Source: Squalus acanthias
Taxonomy: Eukaryota
Assembly (NCBI GenBank): GCA_030390025.1
Contig: CM059425.1
Coordinates: forward strand, 173,912,001 to 173,976,000
Reading direction: 5' to 3'
DNA: 64,000 nt
Numbering within the stretch: position 1 is the stretch's first letter; the number at the start of each line of letters is the position of its first letter. The notes below the pieces were generated by a model. The model was not told the DNA's origin. It saw nothing but the letters and a program-made list of their open reading frames with translations, and did not search any database. The position numbers and the translations under genes were made by a program. Of this stretch, positions 49,051 to 61,106 are shown in pieces.

Positions 49051-52000
49051 GGGGGTAATATTCGATTAAGCTCAAAAGCGGGTGCAGGGAGCGTGAAGCA
49101 CGATCTGCCCGTGTGCTCTTTCAAAGCGGTGCAGGCAGTACGCAAAATTCGTGTTGCCTGCTCATTTACATGATTGGATGGCTGATCTCAGCGCTAAACG
49201 CGCTGCTGGTTGGCTTGGCGCTCAAGAAGGGGGCCAATATCGGGTGCAGTCGACTGGCCAATAGCATTTTGCCTAGGCTCTCTGCACTACTTAAAGGGGA
49301 GGTGCTTTGTTGCAGAAGCACCTCATTATCATTCTGAAGCCATGGCTTAACAGGGAAGAGAGAGGTCAAGGAGGTTCTCAGATGCAACACTGGAGGCCTT
49401 GGTCCTGGGGGTGCACAGAAGATGACAGGTCCTCTACCTGCAGGGGGACAGGAGGCCTTCCAGGCAGCACGCCAGAAGGCAGTGGGAGGAGATCGCAGAA
49501 GCCATGAGTCCCACTTGTTGTCCCCAGAATATGGATCTAGTGCCGCAAGAAGTTTAATGATCTCACATGAGTGGTCAAGGTGTGTGAATGCATTTTCAAA
49601 TGGCATATCCTGGCAACTGCACCACTAGCTTCACACACTGCTCAATGCACCATACCCACATCACTCACCTACCAACAATCTCTAACAATCACAACTCACC
49701 TCACAATTATAGCTTCACCTCACCCTCACACACTTACCACTGCTGCAAGCCTTACACCCACATCTCACATCTTACACACACTGCCAGCTATTCAACCATG
49801 GCAGGCACATCACCCAAACACATTGCACCACACTCACTGACACACTTCCCTTTAACTTGCAGGCAAAGGTGGTACACAACAGACGTGAGCAGCAGCAGAC
49901 GGGCAGAGGGAAGTCCGTTTTCAGAACCTCACTGAGCTGGGGGAGACAGTGCTGGAGGTCATTGGCGGGGCCGTCACTGACGCCATGGAGAGCGGCGAGG
50001 TTGAAAGCATTGCTGATGACGGTATACTCATACCTAATTCTTCTCACTTCCCCCTCATCTCACAATCTCTTCTGACTTATAAGCTGCTGATGGTGTAAGC
50101 ATTCACAACTTGCTTTCCCCCGCTCCCCTCACCACAACCCGACCCTTGTGTCTTTCTCTTTTCGGATACCCAAGAACTGCTACCAGCCCAGCCTGTTCCC
50201 AACGTTGTGGAGGAGGAGCATGTAGGAGAAGAAGAGGCACCATAGCTCGATCTGACACTCCCAGGCACCAGCTCAGAAAATGCCACTGTGCGTACTTTAG
50301 AGGGTAGTATAGAGGCGGGATCTGCCCATAGTGAGTCTCTGGGCACAAGTGGGCTGCAGCCAGGCCAGGGGAAAAAAGTAGCTCGGGTGCGAGCTCCCTG
50401 GAGGGCAAGTTCATGCACGTGCTCTGCTGCACAGGACTCAGCTGATGACTTAGATGGGGTGGCCTTCAGAAGAAGGGTGATGGGCATGCACATAGAAATG
50501 CTTGGTGCAATGGCAAGCCTGCCAGAGAGCCTCTTGTCAGTGTCACCGGGCACGAGTGAGCTGCAGCCAGGCCAGGGAGAAAGGGTAGCGAAGGTGACAG
50601 CTCCCTGAAGGGCGAGGTCACACACGAGTTCTGCTGCAGAGAACTCAGAAGAGGACTTCCATGGGGCGGCCTTCAGAAGAAGGGTGATGGGCATGCACAC
50701 AGAAATGCTTGGTGCACTGGCAGGCCTGCTAAAGAGCCTCGTCACTGCCAACATTGCATGGGGTTTTGCGTGGAGCTTGGAGTCCATGATTTCCAGGATT
50801 GTACTGATGGACAACTCCATTAGAGCACTTGTGGACACAACCATGATGCTGGGTGTGATGGGCGATGTCGCAGCTTCATTGCAGCACAAGCGGAAGCGAC
50901 CCAACGTCTGAGTGCTGCAGTGGGAGCTGAGACTTCTCTCATGCAGGCTCTGCCACACAAGATCAGACTGTTGCCATCGTAGCTGCATTTACGAGTGTGG
51001 AAAGGGGCTTGCAGGGTGTCACAGCAGTCCAGCAACCTGTGCTCCAACAGATGGCTAGGAATGCTGTGGCACCGCCCCGGGGGTGTGTCAGTGGCTCCAT
51101 GGAGCAAGAACCTGCTGTCTTCTTTCAGCATGACTTCATTCGTACTTCCACTACTGCCACTCCGCCAGTGCCATTGCAGTTGCCTGTCAGTCAGCCAGCC
51201 CAGACTGCTGCCGCCATGCCGAGAAGGTGCAGTCTACAGCTGGGCCTTCTAGGCCATCTGTATAGTTCACCATGGAAAGTTAACAGCCTTCCAACAGCCA
51301 TGCTGTAGCTACTGGGGTAGCACTTCGTAGGAGCACTAGAACAGGCAATGGCACACGAAAGACTGACACTAAGGGAATGCACAAGGGTGATTAGTTGACT
51401 TTGTAATGTAATATTGGAATTAATCATTTATATATTATGTTTGGAATGTTTGTTTTGTGGTGGCTTTCATTTCAACATAGTGCCCAAAAAGATGCTGTGA
51501 TGTTCCATGAAAGAGCAATGGTAAGGTAGTGAAGTGTTGAGCAACAAGGATCTGGGGTTACATTCAGGAGTCTGATGATGTGCTCACGGACAGCCCATCC
51601 GGAATGGGGATTTGCAGGCTGCCTCCTCCCTTCCTCCTTTTCCTCCTCCCTTCCTCCTTTTCCTCCTCCTTCTCTTCCTCTTCCTCTTCTCCTCCTCCTC
51701 CTCCCCCCGAGGCAGTAGCAGAATCCGTGGTGGCAAGGGCTGGGCCAAGTTGTGGAGGATGCAGCAGACCATTCGTATTGGGACACCTGCTGGAGTACTG
51801 GAGGGCTCCTCCCGAGCGGTCAAGGCAGCGGAACCATTGCCTGATGGTCTGCTCGATGACGTTCCTCGAGGCAGCATGGCTGTCACTATATGATTGCTGG
51901 CCATGAGTGGTGGGTTTGCGGAGGGAAGTCATTGGCCAGGTTTAGAGTGGATAGCCCTCGTCTCCGTTGCAGTTGGTGGGATATGGCATTTGAAGGTGAC

Positions 52001-52553
52001 CACTCGTGTGAGATCATTGAACTTTTTGCGGCACTACATCCAGGTCCTTGGGGCTTGACTTCTGGCATTGACCTCCACGGCTACTTGATCCCACTGCCTT
52101 TGCAGAGTTTGTCTGGAGGGCCTCCTGGCCCCTTGTCAATAGAGGACCCTCTCTCCTCCTGTCCACCTCCTCCACCAGTGCAGTGTCTGAGAACCTTGGA
52201 GCACGCTCTCTCCCCTGTTGCACCATTAGTCAGTGTTCTTGCAGGTCAGACTCTCTTGCCCAGCCACTTCCATCACCTGCCTAAGCCAGAATGCACCTCC
52301 CCTTTAAGAGGTGCAAGCTGTTTTTAAGTAATGCAGGCTAGCTTTAAGTGGTGGTAGCCTCACATGAACTTGGGGCCCCTGCTGAGGCGTTCAGTTGCTG
52401 AACAATGCGTTTAGCGCCACCTCAATGCTGCAATCATTTCAATTAGTAGGCAGCACAAAGTTTGCATGCTGCCTGCATCAGAAACAATGGGGGCGGGTGA
52501 ATCACACATCGCGATCCCCGCGCCTGTTTTCGGGGGCTATCAAATTTAGCCCC
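49051..52553. mobile_element. Composite of two decayed convergent Harbinger elements
   Basis: Myb pseudogene on + (~49341-51400), transposase C-terminal remnant on - (~51560-51960), and a second Myb start on - (52226, MVQQGRERAPRFSDTAL). GGGG-type TIRs at both ends. Confidence 0.75.
50341..50750 (+). repeat. Diverged 207-bp in-frame tandem duplication inside Myb exon 3
   Basis: GGGCAC.AGTG.GCTGCAGCCAGGCCAGGG starts at both 50341 and 50548; AFRRRVMGMH.EMLGA is encoded twice. Confidence 0.85.
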
Positions 52554-55500
52554 TTTATCTTTATTTCTGGAAAGGTGAAGTCCAACGAATTGGTAACAAT
52601 TTTCAAAAGTTTTTGTATTATCGGCTGTCTTCTGCAAGTTCCATTGAGCTGCAACAAGATTGACATATTATCAAAGGGTGTTGCAGAGATGTTGAGATTT
52701 GCACACACTTGTACAAATTGATCAACATCAGCAAATGCAGTGAAGTGACACAAAGCCACTATATTTTGTATGACTAATTTCAAATAGAAATGTAGAATAT
52801 AACTGAAGCAGCTCCTCGGCAACATAAAGCAGATTTCCGGGAGGTAGAAATTGCTGTGGTGGAGGAACTTCTCAACAAATAGATTTTTGGTAAGATACAG
52901 ATAGCATGGGAAACATTGATTAAAGGAAATATAAGTTAAAAAAAAATATTGTTGGCAGCATTTGGCATGTTGGAAACAATTGTGTTTCAGAACCTCTGCT
53001 CCTTTCATGGGATCAGAAAATGTGAATCTGCAATAGTGAAAGATTTATTTGTGCAAATTATTTTGGTTTTACACCATTGCTAAATAGAATTCTGCCCAAT
53101 CTTTTCTGTCCCTTAGAGTTAGCTACAGTATTTAGAACAAAGAACAAGTGGATAAAATAGTAGATGCTTATCAGAGTATGGGACTTCCTTTCTTTTTTAA
53201 GGTATTTGATTTCCTTCCCATTCTTAGGTTTTCTAATGCCATAAGCATTATGCTTGACAAAGAATGGGCAGGTGACCAACTGGTTCCCAAGTCTTTTATT
53301 AGTGCAGCTTTGACATGGCCACTAGGAAATACAGCAGAGTGGCTGGGTTGTGTCTCCCTTCCTCCCTGTGGAAAGTGCTGACTTCTACTTGGCACCTCTC
53401 TGTGGTAGCAAGGCTGAAATCAGGAATTTAGCATGTTGGGTAATTGGGAAAATAGTTCCTATCTTGTCTTTGTTATGGAATTCAATATTATAATATTTCA
53501 TGTAAATGTGTATCTGAATAAAAAAGCCTGCAAAATTTCAAAAACACTTGGTGCTATCCATCCACTCAAAGTTCTGGCATTGTACTTAAAAATGGAAGTT
53601 AATCACAGCTTCATTTTCATTGTTTGGTGGTAAAATATTCACATTGTATCAAAACTTTTAAGAACCTTTTAACAAGCCATCAGATGTTTATTACTGTTGT
53701 ATCAACGTATTGACAAATGCATCAGTTTTCATTTGAATAATTCAGAATGTCAGATCAAATTCTAAAAATAGAACAGGAACATGATAATTATGAGTCATTT
53801 TAGTTTCTTTGCAATAACAAGCTGCTTTGACAGTTCTTCTCAGAAAATAGAGTGGATGAATGGAGGTGGTAAATAATGTAAATGATTTCATAATCCTTCC
53901 TAGGATGCAGAATCACACTAACAACAAACCTGCTCTAACAGCCAAGCTGTGTTTGGTTTCTGTGCAGTAAGACATTTAATGGACAGCTGTTCACAGTGTA
54001 CAGAATGGAATGAGACCAGGGAATAAATAATATTGATGATCTTGTAATCCTTCCCAGCGTTCGCAATATAACAACCAGAGACCTGTACCGACAACTTGAC
54101 TGGGTTATTGTATAGCCATTTCTAACTACAAAGTTCACAATATCTGGAAACAACACAGGTTGAAGCAGGAAGTACTGGCAGCAGCGAATGTCTAACAGTG
54201 TGGACACCTCCACTCCAGTTATATGCGCTACCACAAAAAGTGGCAAGATGCTTAGCTACCTTACAGTCTCCATTTTAACTACAATCGGTTTCTTTCATTC
54301 TACTTACATTTTTCTTTAGTGAGGCCTGTAACTGCAAACATGTTTAAAAGTCAGTCTTCGGGAACACAACTAATGATACAGGGAATCACAGCTATGACTC
54401 CTCAACTCCATTTCAAAGCACAATGGAACATTCACTGTACCAGAGAGAGTAGTAAGGTATGAGTCCATGCTCATATTTTCCGACGTGGTCAGTTTTAGAA
54501 CCCAGGCATGTCATTGGGGTGACACCTCAGGGAGGCTGGATGCTTGTTCACAGGGAAAGAAGGAAAAATCAAAGGAAGGGTAGATCTCCATGGGCTGCTG
54601 TACTGCTCCTTCTGGCACCTGGTTGTAGGCCTTGGAGACATTTGACTACCCACCTTCTCAATGGGTAAATGGTATGTGGCACAGGAGACCAAAGGGTGGT
54701 GGGATCACCTTAGGAACATAAAACAAAACCATATTTGTAACATTAACACAATGAATAGCCAATTTATAATTTTTGTTTCACTTCAGATTATGGGTAATAC
54801 CAGCTATGGTAGTCCCTCTTTTCTAAAGAAGAGGTAGCATAATGACCCAGTAAACTACAGGTTTATACCGTAACTTCACTCAGTTCAAATTTTTAAATGA
54901 TACTAGATTGACTGGACAGGATTATGTTGAAGCTAGATTTAGCTTGCAGAGGATTTGTAAAAACTGAGCAGTTGGAGAGTGCTACACAGGCTGTACCGTT
55001 GAAAATGCATAACAGATCAGTATTAATTATCAATACTAAGTAGTGGGAGGAGCCCTTGCAAAAAGTGGACCATGTAAAGGAATTGGGACTTCAACAAACA
55101 AGCCAATGAACCAGATTTGGCAGAGTAATGCAGCAAATACAATTTTAGGAAGAAAAATCAAGTATAAACTTAAGGAAATAATATTGAATCTGAAAGCATC
55201 AGTTAAACTACACAAGGAATAGTGAATCTAGTTTTGGTTTCTATGCTTTATTAGGAAAGAATGCAGAGCAAAACATCTGGGATGATTACAGAGATGAAAT
55301 ATGAGTGCTGTGAAGTTAAGTTAAAAGAGCTTTTCTTTTTACAGAAAAAAAGAAAAATGGAGGATAGGAAAAAAATGCCAGCATTCCTGACTTTGCTAAG
55401 TTTAGCATTAAATTAGAAGTGAACAAAAAGTGGTATAATGATAGCAAAAAAGCACTTACTGACCATTCATGTTATCACTGCTTTGAGGAAACCTTCATAA

Positions 55501-57309
55501 AGAGGATTAACAAAAATGACTAAAAGTGAAACTGTACACAACCTTACCATTCTATTTGACTTAAAACGAGCTTCCGACTCCGTATCCTCTCTATCAGAAT
55601 GACAGCCTGCGTCCACCTCCATAACATTGCCTACCTCTGCCCCTGCCTCAGCTCATCTCAACTATTCCAATGCTCCCCTGACTGACTTCCCCCATCCTCC
55701 ACCCTTCATAAACTTCAGCTCATCCAAAAAGTTGCAGCCCGTATCCTATGCTGCTATCACCCCTATTCTTGCTGACCAGCATTGGTGACCGGTCATCCAA
55801 TGTCTCAATTTTTAAATTCTCATCCTCATGTTTAAAGCCCTTCATGGCCTCACCCCTCCCTACCTGTAACCTACTTCTCCCCCAGAACTCTGCATTTCTC
55901 CAACTCTGGCTTCTTGTGCATCCCCCCCTTTGCCCCATCATTGGCGGCCGTGCCTTCAACTGTCTAGACCGTATCCTCTGGAATTCCCTCCCTAAACCTC
56001 TGCATCTACTCACTTCTCTCTCATCCTTTAAGACCCTCCTTAAAACCCACCTAATATCTCCTTCTTTGGCTCGGCATCCATTTATGTATGATTATGCTTC
56101 TGTGAAGTGCCTTGGGATGTTTATCTACATTATATATATACATCCAAGTTGTTGTTGTTAATAACTCTTCAAACTGAATATAGGGTTTGTTAAGTGTCAA
56201 TGGAGGAAGAGGCATAACAAGTAATTTAGGTGGAAATCACTTATTCGGGATTATAAATGCAATTTGCTACAATGGTGTCTTATGAAAGGGGATGACTTAT
56301 AATTTAATGTAAGTGGTACAGAGTAAATTAAATTAAAGAGCTTCCATACACATTTCTCCTCCCTACATCCTCACAATATTGAAATAAAAGTGCTGATTTT
56401 ATGAATGCACCATCCTGGTGAGGGTCTCACTCATCAGCGGTGCACATTTGGAAATCATGGGCATGCTCCCCATGATTTTGCGTCCAAGATTAAAATCGTT
56501 CCTCACAACTAATTACACAACCTACCTACTCTAACTCTGTCCTTTTCAGAACCTGTAAACTATCCTTACCTTCCTCAGTCCTTTCTTTCTCCTAGAACCT
56601 TCGAGTTTTTAAAACCCAGGTTTACTGTCACTTAATCAATACTTAATTAACTTTATTGATGCTGGAAAATTGTTAGACACAGGTCTAGATTCAAATCCAA
56701 CACAGACTGATGGGATGATAGTCTCCTCTATATGCTGGCTATAAAGATCCTTTGTTAACAAAGTTTGGCAGTTTTAATCTAGTTCCTATTGATCATAGGC
56801 CTACAAAACAAAACTGCTCCTGATTTGGCACTAATTGTTAATGGTATTCAGACAGGCCTAAGTAGGGTTGCTGCTGGAAATGGAAATAATGGTAAACTGG
56901 CCTAGTCGGATGTTGTTGTTGGGGGATGAAGCACACTGGTGTGCAGAGAAGAGTGAGCTTTACTTTGCATCCAGCTGCAGTACTTGATGATACTGGGATC
57001 ATGAAATGGGAAATGTTTTATTCCCCAGTACTAACATTTTTCTCTGACCGGAGCTAAAAAAGAATCACTTCTTTAATTAAAAACTAATGGTGGTGGCCTG
57101 CATTCCTGGTGATGGCCCATCACCTTGATTTCTCAGTAATAGCAAAAAAATGCTATCTAATATAAATTTGGCAATGGTAGAAAAAAAAATTCTCAGGATC
57201 CGTCAATGGCTTAGTGAGTTCATCGAGTGAGTGAGAACAATACAGATTAGAAAGATTCCAGGTTCAAGCCACTATCTAAGCCGAGTCATTGGTAGGGATG
57301 AAACAATAG

Positions 57310-57956
57310 CCCCGATACTAACATGGAGGCGCGTTGGGAGCTGGGGGGGGGGGGGGGTTTCGATAGTGCATGGGGAAACCCGGACGTAAGTTCAGTGTGT
57401 TTGTCATGGCATTTTAACGCAGCCAGCTCATTATCATTTTACTTCCGGGTTTGGCGTCGATTGCACGGCAGCAGGCGTGATGAGGACCAGCATGACACCA
57501 TCTCAACTCCAGTATTTAAAGGGCCAATCCAAAGATGGAATTTGGAGGAGGTGGGAGTTTGAACAAAAAGAGGGAGAAGTTTTATGATGGATTCAGGACG
57601 GTCAAGGGCTGTGCCTCGATTTAATAATGGATCGCTTAATGTACTGCTGGGGTCAGTGTGGAGCCAGCGAGAGATACTCTTCCCCAGCAACGGGAGGAAG
57701 AAACCTGTTGCTGCCACAAAGGCGGCGTGGCTGGAGGTGGCCCAGGAGGTGTGCAGCAGGAGCATTGTGCCACATTCATGGATTCAGTGCAGGAAGCATT
57801 GTCATCGCCAGCAGAGCAGGGCGCTACCGGTTACTGCCACCACTAAACTCCCGCTGAACTTAGCGGGAGTCGTTAGCGTGCCATGCCCAGGCGAATAGTC
57901 GTTTGCGGCCCCCAGGGACGCTAATGAGAGGCGCAAATGCACCGAATTTCTAGCCC
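57310..57956 (+). mobile_element. Harbinger deletion derivative (Myb exon-1 fragment fused to a GC-rich right end)
   Basis: RAVPRFNNGSL...AWLEVAQEV...WIQCRK peptide, ending CGAATTTCTAGCCC. The left boundary is uncertain. Confidence 0.7.
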
Positions 57957-58661
57957 TAGTTTTTTAATAGTCTGCTTAGATTACACAATAATACCAATGA
58001 AAAATGTTTCTGTGATGCTCTATATTTCTGGAGTTAAGATTTCTTACACCATTGCAGATCTGCAGAATATTTGCATATTCTTTGATAGAAGGTAGATATA
58101 ATTGGAAAACTGCAAAGCGGTATCTGAAAAAGTTCATAGAAAGATTATGACCAGTACCTATTATGGTCAAATTAGATTTAAATGATAATCTTTAACTTTT
58201 ATGTGTATTGTTTAGAACTTCGTTGTAACGTAAACATAGATCTTAATTCCCCCTTCTGTCTAAAGGCGAGAAATTATTGTTGGCGATTTTATATGCTATT
58301 CCTCTGAACAATATCTTAATGGAAGCGTGAACCAACTGGTTAACTTATCCATTAAAATAGTGGATGGTAAAATGTTGTACGAGTGCATTGGAACTGATAA
58401 TATGGCGGGCTCCTAGTACACTGTAGGGCATCTAGCACTCACTTCCTGCAAAATTGGACGCAGAGCATTGAGACACTCAGTATGCCTCAATACAGGTAGT
58501 GTGCACAAAAAGTACTAGGAGTCAACACACAAGTTAAAAACTGGGCTCCGAACTTCTCTGTTAATTAGGCCCTATAGTGCAGCTGGAGCACCTGAGTCGT
58601 GCTCTAGCCACAAAGTGCCCTTGGAACAGGCACTGGATGGAAAGGCGTCTTCAAAGCCCTG

Positions 58662-59354
58662 GGGGGAAAAATTCGGTTGCTATGCGCCTCCCGTTAGCGC
58701 CACAAGGGGCGCTAACGGGGGAGCAAAGCAACTAGCGCCCGGGTGTGGCGCCACTAACGCCTCCCGCGAAATTCAGTGGGAGGTTAGCGGTAGCCAGTAG
58801 CGCCCTGTGGCACTGCGCCTCCGACGATGACGTCATCTCCGTGCGCAGCGCCCGCTCGCGCCCCGGCCGCAAACTTGGCTCGTGCCCCCTGACCTACCGC
58901 CGGACGCTATGTCCGACAGGGTCAGGGGAGCGTTCTTGCGGCCGGGGCAGGGATAATTAAAGGGCAGGTGCCGGGCGGCCATTTTTTTTGGGCCGCCTGG
59001 CACCTCTGGCCTCCTGCTGCGGGATGCCAGCCACGATCCGTCAGCCCGGCACTCCTCGAGTGCTGGGCTCTTTTGCCAGCACTCTGCTCCCTGGTGGCCC
59101 AGCAGGGCCCCGGTGCGCGCTGCGCTAGGCCCCTCCCGTTTAATCAGGGGAGGGAGGCCTGCAGTACCGCGGCGCTACGTGCCGACGCACGTGGTGCTGC
59201 TGCACATAGCACCGCAATATTCCATGGGAGCGCCCCAAGAGGGAGGGGGAACGCTTCCAGTAGCGCCCCACTTCCTGCTTGGGGCACTACCATTGAACTT
59301 CGGCGCCCCGGCGAAGTTAGCGTCCCAAGGGGGGCGCGAGCCAATTGTCCCCCC
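58662..59354. mobile_element. Harbinger MITE family 'D'
   Basis: GGGGGAAAAATT / AATTGTCCCCC termini, TSD CTG, CpG-rich. Confidence 0.82.
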
Positions 59355-59604
59355 CTGGCCCCCTCCCTCATAACCCCATTACCTCTGCCCCAGTGCCCTG
59401 TCCTCCACACTAGGAAAGTACCCAGCCCACAACAGGGGCCAGCAGCTATTTACTGTCTGACGGCACCTGATAATGCAGCCCTGGTGTTCCGGGTGCATTG
59501 AGAGAGATGTGCCCAGAGCACCAGTAAATTATGCAAACAGGTGTCCTTATTATCCAGTACTTAGCGGCACAGTGGTCAGGCTGCATTATCTAACCCATTA
59601 GAAA

Positions 59605-60005
59605 TAAAGGACTTAGATTTATATACTGCCTTTTGACCTCAAGACATTCCAAAGTGCTTCACAGTCAATGAATTACTGTTATAATGTAGGGAAATGCAGC
59701 AGCCAATTTATGCACAGCAAGGTCCCACACAGACAGTGATGTTGGTTGAGGGATAAATTTTTGACGGGACACTGGGAGAACTCTCTTGCTTTTCTTCCAA
59801 AAGTGCCAAGGGATCTTTTACATCCACTAGAGAGGGAAAACAGGGCCTCAGTATAACCAATCATCCAAAAGGGGACATTTTCAACAGTGGAGCTCTCTCA
59901 GTACTACACTGAAGTGTCAGCCTAGATTATATGTTCAAGCCTCTGGAGTGAGGCTTAAAGCCACATCCTTCTAACTCAGAACCAAGAGTCCTGCCACTGA
60001 CCAAA
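59605..60005 (-). mobile_element. Second, more decayed DeuSINE copy
   Basis: Collinear with 29140-29560. Confidence 0.65.
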
Positions 60006-60327
60006 GTATGTCCCTGCTAATATTGGCAACAGTAATTTCTAACTTTAAATCGTCAATGCAGAAAAAGTATACTACTGATTTCCCATTTTCATGGAAAAAT
60101 GGACAAAATTGTGGAATGTTTTTCCAAGGTGTGCCATGTCTAGATTGCTCCCAGGTCAATCTGATTTCAGGCCCCTATTGTAATGAATGAAACAATTCTG
60201 GGATTTAGGTGACCCCTGCCCATAATTGACATCACTAGACATTCTGAGCGAAGAATGACAGATCCCTGCAAGGCCACAATATTAAGGCAATTTTATAACA
60301 GCCAAGCCAAGTGCATATTTGTTTCTT

Positions 60328-61106
60328 AAGAACGTAAGAACAGAAGAATTAGAACCATGGCTGATTTTCGACCTCAACTCCACTTTCCCACCCGATCTCC
60401 ATATCCCTTGATTTCCCTAGAGTCCAAAAATCTGTCTACCTGAGCCATGAATATACTCAACGATTCAGCATCCACAGCCCTTTGAGGTAGAGAATTCCAA
60501 AGATTCAAACCCTCTGAGTGAAGAAATTCCTCCTCATCTCAGTCTTAAATGGCCGACCCCTTATCCTGAGACTATGCCCTCTAGTTCTAGACTTTCCAGC
60601 CAGGGGGAAACAACCTCTCAGCATCTACCCTGTCAGTCCCCCTCAGAATCTTATATATTTTAATGAGATCACCTCTCATTCTTCTAAATTCCAGAGAGTA
60701 TAGGCCCGATCTACTCAATCTCTCCTCATAGGACAACCCTCTCATCCCAGGGATCAATCTAGTGAACCTTTGTTCCACTGCCTCTAATGCATTTGTGTCC
60801 TTTCTCAGATAAGGAGACCAAAACTTTGCACAATACTCCAGGTGTGATCTCACCAAAGCCCTGTGCAATTGTAGTAAGACTTCCTTACTCTTGTATCCAA
60901 CCCCCCTGCAATAAAGGCCAGCATACCATTTGCCTTCCTAATTGCTTTCTGTGTTTCCTGTACGAGGACACCTAAATCTCTCTGAACACCAACATTTAAT
61001 AGTTTTTCACCATTATTCTGTTTTTCTATTCTTCCTACTAAAGTGAATAACCTCACATTTCCCCACATTATACTCCATCTTCCATCTTATTGCTGACTCA
61101 CTTAAC
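60328..61106 (-). mobile_element. CR1 3' fragment
   Basis: Homologous to 231-945; HLEYCAKFWSPY peptide. Confidence 0.85.

Noticed and set aside
52395..54700. Short ORFs in AT-rich unique intron DNA
   Set aside because: No recognisable domains or convincing exon structure; consistent with chance ORFs.
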